From the human T2T-CHM13v2.0 reference genome, Homo sapiens: a DNA stretch of 64,000 nucleotides. Below, one piece after another: positions 1 through 13,759 of the stretch. The notes beneath the pieces are model-generated. The model did not search any database. It was not told where the DNA came from and was given only the letters and a program-made list of their open reading frames with translations. Where the stretch lies: assembly GCF_009914755.1 (NCBI RefSeq), contig NC_060927.1. One strand, given 5' to 3'. The stretch's first letter is position 1. Every line of letters starts with the position of its first letter. Both the position numbers and the translations under genes were made by a program.

Positions 1-1169
1 ATCAATGTACCCGAAATATATATTTTATACTCTACATGAAATATCAAAGTTCACAAACCATATATTGTATACTGCACATAAAATATCAAAATACCCAAGG
101 TATATATTCTATACTGTACAAAAAATATCAAAGTACCCAAAGCAGGTATTATATACTGTACATAAAATATGAAAGTACATCAAATATATATTTCATTCTG
201 TACATAAAATATCAAAGTACACCAGATATATATTCTATAGCGTACATAAAATATCAAAGTACACAAACTATACATTATATACTGTACATAAAATATGAAA
301 TTACATCAAATATATATTATATTAGGTACATAAAATATGAAAGTACATCAAATATAGATTATATACTGTACATTTAATACCAAAGTACCCCAAATATATA
401 TTTTATACTGAACATGAAATTTCAAAGTTCACAAACTATATATTATATACTGTACATAAAATATCAAAGTACCCAAGGTATATATTCTATACTGTGCAAA
501 AAATATCAAAGTACCCAAAGCATGTATTATATACTGTATATAAAATATGAAAGTACATCAAATATATATTTTATTCTGTACATAAAATGTCAAAGTACAC
601 CAGATATATATTCTATAGTGTACAAAAAATATCAAAGTACCCAAACTATACATTATATACTGTACATAAAATATGAAATTACATCAAATATATATTATAT
701 TAGGTACATAAAATACGAAAGTACATCAAATATAGATTATATACTGTACATAAAATATCAAAGTACCCCAATATATATTATATACTGTACATGAAATATC
801 AAAGTTCACAAACTATATATTATGTACTGTACATAAAATATCAAAGTACCGAAGGTATATATTCTATACTGTACAAAAAATATCAAAGTACCCAAAGCAT
901 GTATTATATAATGTACATAAAATATGAAAGTACATCAAATATATATTTTATTCTGTACATAAAATATCAAAGAACACCAGATATATATTCTATAGTGTAC
1001 ATAAAATATCAAAGTACCCTAACTATACATTATATACTGTACATAAAATATGAAATTACATCAAATATATATTATATTAGGTACATAAAATATGAAAGTA
1101 CATCAAATATAGATTATATACTGTACATAAAATATCAAAGTACCCCAAATATATATTTTATACTCTACA

Positions 1170-2460
1170 TGAAATATCAAACTTCACAAACCATACATTA
1201 CATACTTTCCATAAAATATCAAAGTACCCATGGCATATATTCTATACTGTACAAAAGATATCAAAGTACCCAAAGCATGTATTATATACTGTACATAAAA
1301 TATGAAAGTACATCAAATATATATTTTATTCTGTACATAAAATATCAAAGTACACCAGATATATATTGTATAGTGTACATAAAATATCAAAATACCCAAA
1401 CTATATATTATATACTGTACATAAAATATGAAATTACATCAAATATGTATTATATTAGGTACATAAAATATGAAAGTACATCAAATATAGATTATATACC
1501 GTACATAAAATATCAAAGTACCCCAAATATATATTATATACTATACATGAAATATCAAATATCACAAACTATATATTATATACTGTACATAAAATATCAA
1601 AGTACCCAATGTATATATTCTATAGTGTACAAAAAATATCAAAGTACCCAAAGCATGTATTATATACTGTACATAAAATATAAAAGTACATCAAATATAT
1701 ATTTTATTCTGTACATAAAATATGAAAGTACACCAGATATATATTCTATAGTGTACATAAAATATCAAAGTACCCAAACTATACATTATATACTGTACAT
1801 AAAATATGTAATTACATCAAATATATATTATATTAGGTACTTAAAATATGAAAGTACATCAAATATAGATTATATACTGTACATAAAATATCAAAGTACC
1901 CCAAATATATATTATATACTGTACATGAAATATCAAAGTTCACAACTATATATTATATACTGTACATAAAATATCAAAGTCCCCAAGGTATATATTCTAT
2001 ACTGTACAAGAAATATCAAAGTACACAAAGCATGTATTATATACTGTACATAAAATATGAAATTACATCAAATATATATTATATTAGGTACATAAAATAT
2101 GAAAGTACATCAAATATAGATTATATACTATACATAAAATATCAAAGTACCCCAAATATATATTATATACTGTACATGTAATATCAAAGTTCACAACTAT
2201 ATATTACATACTGTACATAAAATATCAAAGTACCCAAGGTATATATTCTATACTGTACAAAAAATATCAAAGTACCCAAAGCATGTATTATATACTGTAC
2301 ATAAAATATGAAAGTACATCAAATATATATTTTATTCTGTACATAAAATATCAAAGTACACCAGATATATATTCTATAGTGTATATAAAATATCAAAGTA
2401 CCCAAACTATACATTATATACTGTACATAAAATATGAAATTACATCAAATATATATTATA
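1170..2460 (+). repeat. ~1.3-kb HOR haplotype block, copied at ~4434-5724 (offset 3264)
   Basis: Shared variants include ctttcc..catggcat, aatatcac, ggtactt, gtcccc, caagaaa (2010/5274) and a 251-bp 6-mer. ORF landmarks 1969/5233 and 2283/5547 both differ by 3264. Boundaries approximate. Confidence 0.8.
1925..2175 (+). repeat. Truncated 6-mer HOR (251 bp; M4-M6 missing plus a 1-bp deletion); also at 5189, 10333, 51333, 54223, 59188, 62078
   Basis: M1 ATG at 1925, next M1 (atgtaatatc) at 2176, a distance of 251 = 6x42-1. M3 (aaagcatg) is followed directly by M7 (gaaattacatc..attagg). Confidence 0.88.
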
Positions 2461-5400
2461 TTAGGTACATAAAATATGAAAGTACATCAAATATAGATTA
2501 TATACTGTACATTAAATACCAAAGTACCCCAAATATATATTTTATACTGAACATGAAATTTCAAAGTTCACAAACTATATATTATATACTGTACATAAAA
2601 TATCAAAGTACCCAAGGTATATATTCTATACTGTACAAAAAATATCAAAGTACCCAAAGCATGTATTATATACTGTACATAAAATATGAAATTACATCAA
2701 ATATATATTTTATTCTGTACATAAAATATCAAAGTACACCAGATATATATTCTATAGTGTACATAAAATATCAAAGTACCCAAACTATACATTATATACT
2801 GTACATAAAATGTGAAATTACATCAAATATATATTATATTAGGTACATAAAATATGAAAGTACATCAAATATAGATTATATACTGTACATTAAATACCAA
2901 TATACCCCAAATATATATTTTATACTGTACATGAAATATCAAAGTTCACACACTATATATTATATACTGTACATAAAATATCAAAGTACGCAAGGTATAT
3001 ATTCTATACTGTACAAAAAACATCAAAGTACCCAAAGCATGTATTATATACTGTACATAAAATATGAAAGTACATCAAATATATATTTTATTCTGTACAT
3101 AAAATATCAAAGTACACCAGATATATATTCTATAGTGTAGATAAAATATCAAAGTACCCAAACTATACATTATATACTGTACATAAAATATGAAATTACA
3201 TCAAATATATATTATAGTAGGTACATAAAATAAGAAAGTACATCAAATATAGATTATATACTGTACATAAAATATCAAAGTACCCCAAATATATATTACA
3301 TACTCTACATGAAATATCAAAGTTCACAAACTATATATTATATACTGTACATAAAATATCAAAGTACCCAAGGTATATATTCTATACTGTACAAAAAATA
3401 TCAAAGTATCCAAAGCATGTTTTATATACTGTATATAAAATATGAAAGTACATTAAAGATATATTTTATTCTGTACATAAAATATCAAAATACACCAGAT
3501 ATATATTCTATAGTGTACATAAAATAACAAAGTACACAAACTATAAATTATATACTGTACATAAAATATGAAATTACATCAAATATATATTAGGTACATA
3601 AAATATGAAAGTACATCAAATATAGATTATATACTGTACATATAATATCAATGTACCCCAAATATATATTTTATACTCTACATGAAATATCAAAGTTCAC
3701 AAACCATACATTATATACTGTACATAAAATATCAAAGTACCCAAGTTATATATTCTATACTGTACAAAAGATATCAAAGTACCCAAAGCATGTATTATAT
3801 ACTGTATATAAAATATGAAAGTACATCAAATATATATTGTATACTGTACATAAAATATCAAAGTACACCAGATATATATTTTATAGTGTACATAAAATAT
3901 CAAAGTACCCAAACTATACATTATATACTGTACATAAAATATGAGATTACATCAAATATATATTATATTAGGTACATAAAATATGAAAGTACATCAGATA
4001 TAGATTATATACTGTACATAAAATATCAAAGTACCCCAAATATATATTATATACTCTACATGAAATATGAAAGTTCACAAACTATATATTATATACTGTA
4101 CATAAAATATCAAAGTACCCAAGGTATATATTCTATACTGTACAAAAAATATCAAAATACCCAAAGCATGTATTATATACTGTATATAAAATATGAAAAT
4201 ACATTAAATATATATTTTATTCTGTACATAAAATATCAAAGTACACCAGATATATATTCTATAGTGTACATAAAATAACAAAGTACACAAACTATAAATT
4301 ATATACTGTATGTAAAATATGAAATTACATCAAATATATATTAGGTACATAAAATATGAAAGTACATCAAATATAGATTATATACTGTACATATAATATC
4401 AATGTACCGCAAATATATATTTTATACTCTACATGAAATATCAAAGTTCACAAACCATACATTATATACTTTCCATAAAATATCAAAGTACCCATGGCAT
4501 ATATTCTATACTGTACAAAAGATATCAAAGTACCCAAAGCATGTATTATATACTGTACATAAAATATGAAAGTACATCAAATATATATTTTATTCTGTAC
4601 ATAAAATATCAAAGTACACCAGATATATATTCTATAGTGTACATAAAATATCAAAGTACCCAAACTATATATTATATACTGTACATAAAATATGAAATTA
4701 CATCAAATATGTATTATATTAGGTACATAAAATATGAAAGTACATCAAATATAGATTATATACCGTACATAAAATATCAAAGTACCCCAAATATATATTA
4801 TATACTATACATGAAATATCAAATATCACAAACTATATATTATATACTGTACATAAAATATCAAAGTACCCAATGTATATATTCTATAGTGTACAAAAAA
4901 TATCAAAGTACCCAAAGCATGTATTATATACTGTACATAAAATATAAAAGTACATCAAATATATATTTTATTCTGTACATAAAATATGAAAGTACACCAG
5001 ATATATATTCTATAGTGTACATAAAATATCAAAGTACCCAAACTATACATTATATACTGTACATAAAATATGAAATTACATCAAATATATATTATATTAG
5101 GTACTTAAAATATGAAAGTACATCAAATATAGATTATATACTGTACATAAAATATCAAAGTACCCCAAATATATATTATATACTGTACATGAAATATCAA
5201 AGTTCACAACTATATATTATATACTGTACATAAAATATCAAAGTCCCCAAGGTATATATTCTATACTGTACAAGAAATATCAAAGTACACAAAGCATGTA
5301 TTATATACTGTACATAAAATATGAAATTACATCAAATATATATTATATTAGGTACATAAAATATGAAAGTACATCAAATATAGATTATATACTGTACATA

Positions 5401-5530
5401 AAATATCAAAGTACCGCAAATATATATTATATACTGTACATGTACTATCAAAGTTCACAACTATATATTACATACTGTACATAAAATATCAAAGTACCCA
5501 AGGTATATATTCTATACTGTACAAAAAATA
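2410..5530 (+). repeat. ~3.1-kb block, copy 1 (copy 2 at ~7554-10674, offset 5144)
   Basis: ORF landmarks 3140/8284, 3309/8453, 3682/8826, 4433/9577 and 5233/10377 all differ by 5144. Rare variants are shared (aatgtgaa, caatatacc, cacacact, aaacatc, tatgtaaaa, gtaccgc). Boundaries approximate. Confidence 0.88.
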
Positions 5531-7553
5531 TCAAAGTACCCAAAGCATGTATTATATACTGTACATAAAATATGAAAGTACATCAAATATATATTTTATT
5601 CTGTACATAAAATATCAAAGTACACCAGTTATATATTCTATAGTGTATATAAAATATCAAAGTACCCAAACTATACATTATATACTGTACATAAAATATG
5701 AAATTACATCAAATATATATTATATTGGGTACATAAAATATGAAAGTACATGAAGTATAGATTATATACTGTACATAAAATATCAAAGTACCCCAAATTT
5801 ATATTATATACTATACATGAAATATCAAAGTTCACAAACTATATATTATATACTGTACATAAAATATCAAAGTACCCAAGGTATATATTCTATAGTGTAC
5901 AAAAAATATCAAAGTACCCAAAGCATGTATTATATACCGTACATAAAATATAAAATTACATCAAATATATATTTTATTCTGTACATAAAATATCAAAGTA
6001 CACCAGATATACATACTATAGTGTACATAAAATATCAAAGTACCCAAACTATACATTATACACTGTACATAAAATATGAAATTACATCAAATATATATTA
6101 GGTACATAAAATATGAAAGTACATCAAATATAGATTATATACTGTAAATATAATATCAATGTACCCCAAATATATATTTTATACTCTACATGAAATATCA
6201 AAGTTCACAAACCATATATTATATACTGTACATAAAATATCAAAGTACCCAAGGTATATATTCTATACTGAACAAAAAATATCAAAGTACCCAAAGCATG
6301 TATTATATACTGTACATAAAATATGGAAGTACATCAAATATATATTTTATTCTGTACATAAAATATCAAAGTACACCAGATATATATTCTATAGTGTACA
6401 TAAAATATCAAAGTACCCAAACTATACATTATATACTGTACATAAAATATGAAATTACATCAAATATATATTATATTAGGTACATGAAATATGAAAGTAC
6501 ATCAAATATAGATTATATACTGTACATAAAATATGAAAGTACCCCAAATATATATTATATACTCTACATGAAATATCAAAGTTCACAAACTATATATTAT
6601 ATACTGTACATAAAATATCAAAGTACCCAAGGTATATATTCTATACTGTACAAAAAATATCAAAGTATCCAAAGCATGTATTATATACTGTATATAAAAT
6701 ATGAAAGTACATCAAATATATATTTTATTCTGTACATAAAATGTCAAAGTACACCAGATATATATTCTATAGTGTACATAAAATATCAAAGTACCCAAAC
6801 TATACATTATATACTGTACATAAAATATGAAATTACAGCAAATATATATTATATTAGGTACATAAAATATGAAAGTACATCAAATATAGATTATATACTG
6901 TACATTAAATACCAAAGTACCCCAAATATATATTTTATACTGTACATGAAATATCAAAGTTCACAAACTATATATTATATACTGTACATAAAATATCAAT
7001 GTACCCAAGGTATATATTCTATACTGCACAAAAAATATCAAAGTACCCAGAGCATGTATTATATACTGTATATAAAATATGAAAGTACATCAAATATATA
7101 TTTTATTCTGTACATAAAATATCAAAGTACACCAGATATATATTCTATAGTGTACATAAAATAACAAAGTACAGAAACTATAAATTATATACTGTACATA
7201 AAATATGAAATTACATCAAATATATAGTAGGTACATAAAATATGAAAGTACATCAAATATAGATTATATACTGTACATATAATATCAATGTACCGGAAAT
7301 ATATATTTTATACTCTACATGAAATATCAAAGTTCACAAACCATATATTGTATACTGCACATAAAATATCAAAATACACAAGGTATATATTCTATACTGT
7401 ACAAAAAATATCAAAGTACCCAAAGCAGGTATTATATACTGTACATAAAATATGAAAGTACATCAAATATATATTTTATTCTGTACATAAAATATCAAAG
7501 TACACCAGATATATATTCTATAGCGTACATAAAATATCAAAGTACACAAACTA

Positions 7554-10500
7554 TACATTATATACTGTACATAAAATATGAAATTACATCAAATATATAT
7601 TATATTAGGTACATAAAATATGAAAGTACATCAAATATAGATTATATACTGTACATTAAATACCAAAGTACCCCAAATATATATTTTATACTGAACATGA
7701 AATTTCAAAGTTCACAAACTATATATTATATACTGTACATAAAATATCAAAGTACCCAAGGTATATATTCTATACTGTACAAAAAATATCAAAGTACCCA
7801 AAGCATGTATTATATACTGTACATAAAATATGAAATTACATCAAATATATATTTTATTCTGTACATAAAATATCAAAGTACACCAGATATATATTCTATA
7901 GTGTACATAAAATATCAAAGTACCCAAACTATACATTATATACTGTACATAAAATGTGAAATTACATCAAATATATATTATATTAGGTACATAAAATATG
8001 AAAGTACATCAAATATAGATTATATACTGTACATTAAATACCAATATACCCCAAATATATATTTTATACTGTACATGAAATATCAAAGTTCACACACTAT
8101 ATATTATATACTGTACATAAAATATGAAAGTACGCAAGGTATATATTCTATACTGTACAAAAAACATCAAAGTACCCAAAGCATGTATTATATACTGTAC
8201 ATAAAATATGAAAGTACATCAAATATATATTTTATTCTGTACATAAAATATCAAAGTACACCAGATATATATTCTATAGTGTAGATAAAATATCAAAGTA
8301 CCCAAACTATACATTATATACTGTACATAAAATATGAAATTACATCAAATATACATTATATTAGGTACATAAAATAAGAAAGTACATCAAATATAGATTA
8401 TATACTGTACATAAAATATCAAAGTACCCCAAATATATATTATATACTCTACATGAAATATCAAAGTTCACAAACTATATATTATATACTGTACATAAAA
8501 TATCAAAGTACCCAAGGTATATATTCTATACTGTACAAAAAATATCAAAGTATCCAAAGCATGTTTTATATACTGTATATAAAATATGAAAGTACATTAA
8601 AGATATATTTTATTCTGTACATAAAATATCAAAATACACCAGATATATATTCTATAGTGTACATAAAATAACAAAGTACACAAACTATAAATTATATACT
8701 GTACATAAAATATGAAATTACATCAAATATATATTAGGTACATAAAATATGAAAGTACATCAAATATAGATTATATACTGTACATATAATATCAATGTAC
8801 CCCAAATATATATTTTATACTCTACATGAAATATCAAAGTTCACAAACCATACATTATATACTGTACATAAAATATCAAAGTACCCAAGTTATATATTCT
8901 ATACTGTACAAAAGATATCAAAGTACCCAAAGCATGTATTATATACTGTATATAAAATATGAAAGTACATCAAATATATATTGTATACTGTACATAAAAT
9001 ATCAAAGTACACCAGATATATATTTTATAGTGTACATAAAATATCAAAGTACCCAAACTATACATTATATACTGTACATAAAATATGAGATTACATCAAA
9101 TATATATTATATTAGGTACATAAAATATGAAAGTACATCAGATATAGATTATATACTGTACATAAAATATCAAAGTACCCCAAATATATATTATATACTC
9201 TACATGAAATATGAAAGTTCACAAACTATATATTATATACTGTACATAAAATATCAAAGTACCCAAGGTATATATTCTATACTGTACAAAAAATATCAAA
9301 ATACCCAAAGCATGTATTATATACTGTATATAAAATATGAAAATACATTAAATATATATTTTATTCTGTACATAAAATATCAAAGTACACCAGATATATA
9401 TTCTATAGTGTACATAAAATAACAAAGTACACAAACTATAAATTATATACTGTATGTAAAATATGAAATTACATCAAATATATATTAGGTACATAAAATA
9501 TGAAAGTACATCAAATATAGATTATATACTGTACATATAATATCAATGTACCGCAAATATATATTTTATACTCTACATGAAATATCAAAGTTCACAAACC
9601 ATACATTATATACTTTCCATAAAATATCAAAGTACCCATGGCATATATTCTATACTGTACAAAAGATATCAAAGTACCCAAAGCATGTATTATATACTGT
9701 ACATAAAATATGAAAGTACATCAAATATATATTTTCTTCTGTACATAAAATATCAAAGTACACCAGATATATATTCTATAGTGTACATAAAATATCAAAG
9801 TACCCAAACTATATATTATATACTGTACATAAAATATGAAATTACATCAAATATGTATTATATTAGGTACATAAAATATGAAAGTACATCAAATATAGAT
9901 TATATACCGTACATAAAATATCAAAGTACCCCAAATATATATTATATACTATACATGAAATATCAAATATCACAAACTATATATTATATACTGTACATAA
10001 AATATCAAAGTACCCAATGTATATATTCTATAGTGTACAAAAAATATCAAAGTACCCAAAGCATGTATTATATACTGTACATAAAATATAAAAGTACATC
10101 AAATATATATTTTATTCTGTACATAAAATATGAAAGTACACCAGATATATATTCTATAGTGTACATAAAATATCAAAGTACCCAAACTATACATTATATA
10201 CTGTACATAAAATATGAAATTACATCAAATATATATTATATTAGGTACTTAAAATATGAAAGTACATCAAATATAGATTATATACTGTACATAAAATATC
10301 AAAGTACCCCAAATATATATTATATACTGTACATGAAATATCAAAGTTCACAACTATATATTATATACTGTACATAAAATATCAAAGTCCCCAAGGTATA
10401 TATTCTATACTGTACAAAAAATATCAAAGTACACAAAGCATGTATTATATACTGTACATAAAATATGAAATTACATCAAATATATATTATATTAGGTACA

Positions 10501-10674
10501 TAAAATATGAAAGTACATCAAATATAGATTATATACTGTACATAAAATATCAAAATACCCCAAATATATATTATATACTGTACATGTAATATCAAAGTTC
10601 ACAACTATATATTACATACTGTACATAAAATATCAAAGTACCCAAGGTATATATTCTATACTGTACAAAAAATA
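7554..10674 (+). repeat. ~3.1-kb block, copy 2
   Basis: Counterpart of 2410-5530 at offset 5144, with a few substitutions (for example near 8126 and 9736). Confidence 0.88.
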
Positions 10675-11749
10675 TCACAGTACCCAAAGCATGTATTGTA
10701 TACTGTACATAAAATATGAAAGTACATCAAATATATATTTTATTCTGTACATAAAATATCAAAGTACACCAGATATATATTCTATAGAGTACATAAAATA
10801 TCAAAGTACCCAAACTATACATTACATACTGTACATAAAATATGAAATTACATCAAATATATATTATAATAGGTACATAAAATATGAAAGTACATCAAAT
10901 ATAGATTATATACTGTACATTAAATACGAAAGTACCCCAAATATATATTTTGTACTGTACATGAAATATCAAAGTACCCAAGGTATATATTCTATACTGT
11001 ACAAAAAATATCAAAGTACCCAAAGCATGTATTACAAACTGTACATAAAATATGAAAGTCCATCAAATATATATTTTATTCTGTACATAAAATATGAAAG
11101 TACACCAGATATATATTCTATAGTGTACATAAAATATCAAAGTACCCAAACTATACATTATATACTGTACATAAAATATGAAATTACATCAAATATATAT
11201 TATATTAGGTACATAAAATATGAAAGTACATCAAATATAGATTATATACTGTACATTAAGTACCAAAGTACCCCAAATATATATTTTATACTGTACATGA
11301 AATATCAAAGTTCACAAACTATATATTATATACTGTACATAAAATATCAAAGTACCCAAGGTATATATTCTATACTGTACAAAAAATATCACAGTACCCA
11401 AAGCATGTATTATATACTGTACATAAAGTATGAAAGTACATCAAATATATATTTTATTCTGTACATAAAATATCGAGGTACACCAGATATATATTCTATA
11501 GTGTACATAAAATATCAAAGTACCCAAACTATACATTATATACTGTACATAAAATATGAAATTACATCAAATATATATTATATTAGGTACATAAAATATG
11601 AAAGTACATCAAATATAGATTATATACTCTACATTAAATACCAAAGTACCCCAAATATATATTTTATACTGTACATGAAATATCAAAGTTCACAAAGTAT
11701 ATATTATATACTGTACATAAAATATCAAAGTACCCAAGGTATATATTCT

Positions 11750-13280
11750 ATACTGTACAAAAGATATCAAAGTACCCAAAGCATGTATTATATACTGTAC
11801 ATAAAATATGAAAGTACATCATATATATATTTTATTCTGTACATAAAATATTAAAGTACACCAGATATATATTCTATAGTGTACATAAAATATCAAAGTA
11901 CCCAAACTATACATTATATACTGTACATAAAATATGAAATTACATCAAATATATATTAAGTACATAAAATATGAAAGTACATCAAATATGGATTATATAC
12001 TGTACATAAAATATCAATGTACACCAAATATATATTATATACTCTACATGAAATATCAAAGTTCACAAACTATATATTGTATACTGTCCATAAAATATCA
12101 AAGTACCCAAGGTATATATTCTATACTGTACAAAAAATATCAAAGTACCCAAAGCATGTATTATATACTGTATATAAAATATGAAAGTACATCAAATATA
12201 TATTTTATTCTGTACATAAAATATCAAAGTACACCAGATATATATTCTATAGTGTACATAAAATATCAAAGTACCCAAACTATACATTATATACTGTACA
12301 TAAAATATGAAATTACATCAAATATATATTATATTAGGTACATAAAATATGAAAGTACATCAAATATAGATTATATACTGTACATAAAATATCAAAGTAC
12401 CCCGAATATATATTATATACTCTACATGAAATATCAAAGTTCACAAACTATATATTATATACTGTACATAAAATATCAAAGTACCCAAGGTATATATTCT
12501 ATACTGTACAAAAAATATCAAGGTACCCAAAGCATGTATTATATACTGTACATAAAATATGAAAGTACATCAAATATATATTTTATTCTGTACATAAAAT
12601 ATCAAAGTACACCAGATATATATTCTATAGTGTATATAAAATATCAAAGTACCCAAACTATACATTATATACTGTACATAAAATATGAAATTACATCAAA
12701 TATATATTATATTAGGTACATAAAATATGAAAGTACATGAAGTATAGATTATATACTGTACATAAAATATCAAAGTACCCCAAATTTATGTTATATACTA
12801 TACATGAAATATCAAAGTTCACAAACTATATATTATATACTGTACATAAAATATCAAAGTACCCAAGGTATATATTCTATAGTGTACAAAAAATATCAAA
12901 GTACCCAAAGCATGTATTATATACCGTACATAAAATATAAAATTACATCAAATATATATTTTATTCTGTACATAAAATATCAAAGTACACCAGATATATA
13001 TACTATAGTGTACATAAAATATCAAAGTACCCAAACTATACATTATACACTGTACATAAAATATGAAATTACATCAAATATATATTAGGTACATAAAATA
13101 TGAAAGTACATCAAATATAGATTATATACTGTAAATATAATATCAATGTACCCCAAATATATATTTTATACTCTACATGAAATATCAAAGTTCACAAACC
13201 ATATATTATATACTGTACATAAAATATCAAAGTACCCAAGGTATATATTCTATACTGTACAAAAAATATCAAAGTACCCA
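11750..13280 (+). repeat. ~1.5-kb block copied at ~45905-47435 (offset 34155)
   Basis: ORF starts 11934/46089, 12737/46892 and 13177/47332 differ by 34155. Rare variants shared: catcatata, tattaaagt, attaagtac, atatggatt, attgtatactgtcc, ccccgaata, caaggtacc. Confidence 0.82.
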
Positions 13281-13759
13281 AAGCATGTATTATATACTAT
13301 ACCTAAAATATGAAAGTACATCAAATATATATTTTATTCTGTACAGAAAATATCAAAGTACACCAGATATATATTCTACAGTGTACATAAAATATCAAAG
13401 TACCCAAACTATACATTATATACTGTACATAAAATATGAAATTACATCAAATATATATTAGGTACATAAAATATGAAAGTACATCAAATATAGATTATAT
13501 ACTGTACATTAAGTACCAAAGTACACCAAATATATATTTTATTCTGTACATAAAATATCAAAGTACACCAGATATATATTCTATAGTGTACATAAAATAT
13601 CAAAGTACCCAAACTATACATTATATACTGTACATAAAATATGAAATTACATCAAATATATATTATATTAGGTAAATGAAATATGAAAGTACATCAAATA
13701 TAGATTATATACTGTACATAAAATATGAAAGTACCCCAAATATATATTATATACTCTAC
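13177..13759 (+). repeat. 14-mer HOR (583 bp); also at 16025 and 42402
   Basis: M1 starts 13177/13760, 16025/16608 and 42402/42985 are each 583 = 14x42-5 apart. Each contains an M9/M4 hybrid monomer (attaagtaccaaagtacaccaaatatatattttattc). Confidence 0.85.

Noticed and set aside
5750-5953. Recurrent alternative-frame 67-aa ORF MKYRLYTVHKISK...
   Set aside because: It results from linked variants in one HOR haplotype that create an ATG and remove stops. It is useful only as a positional marker.
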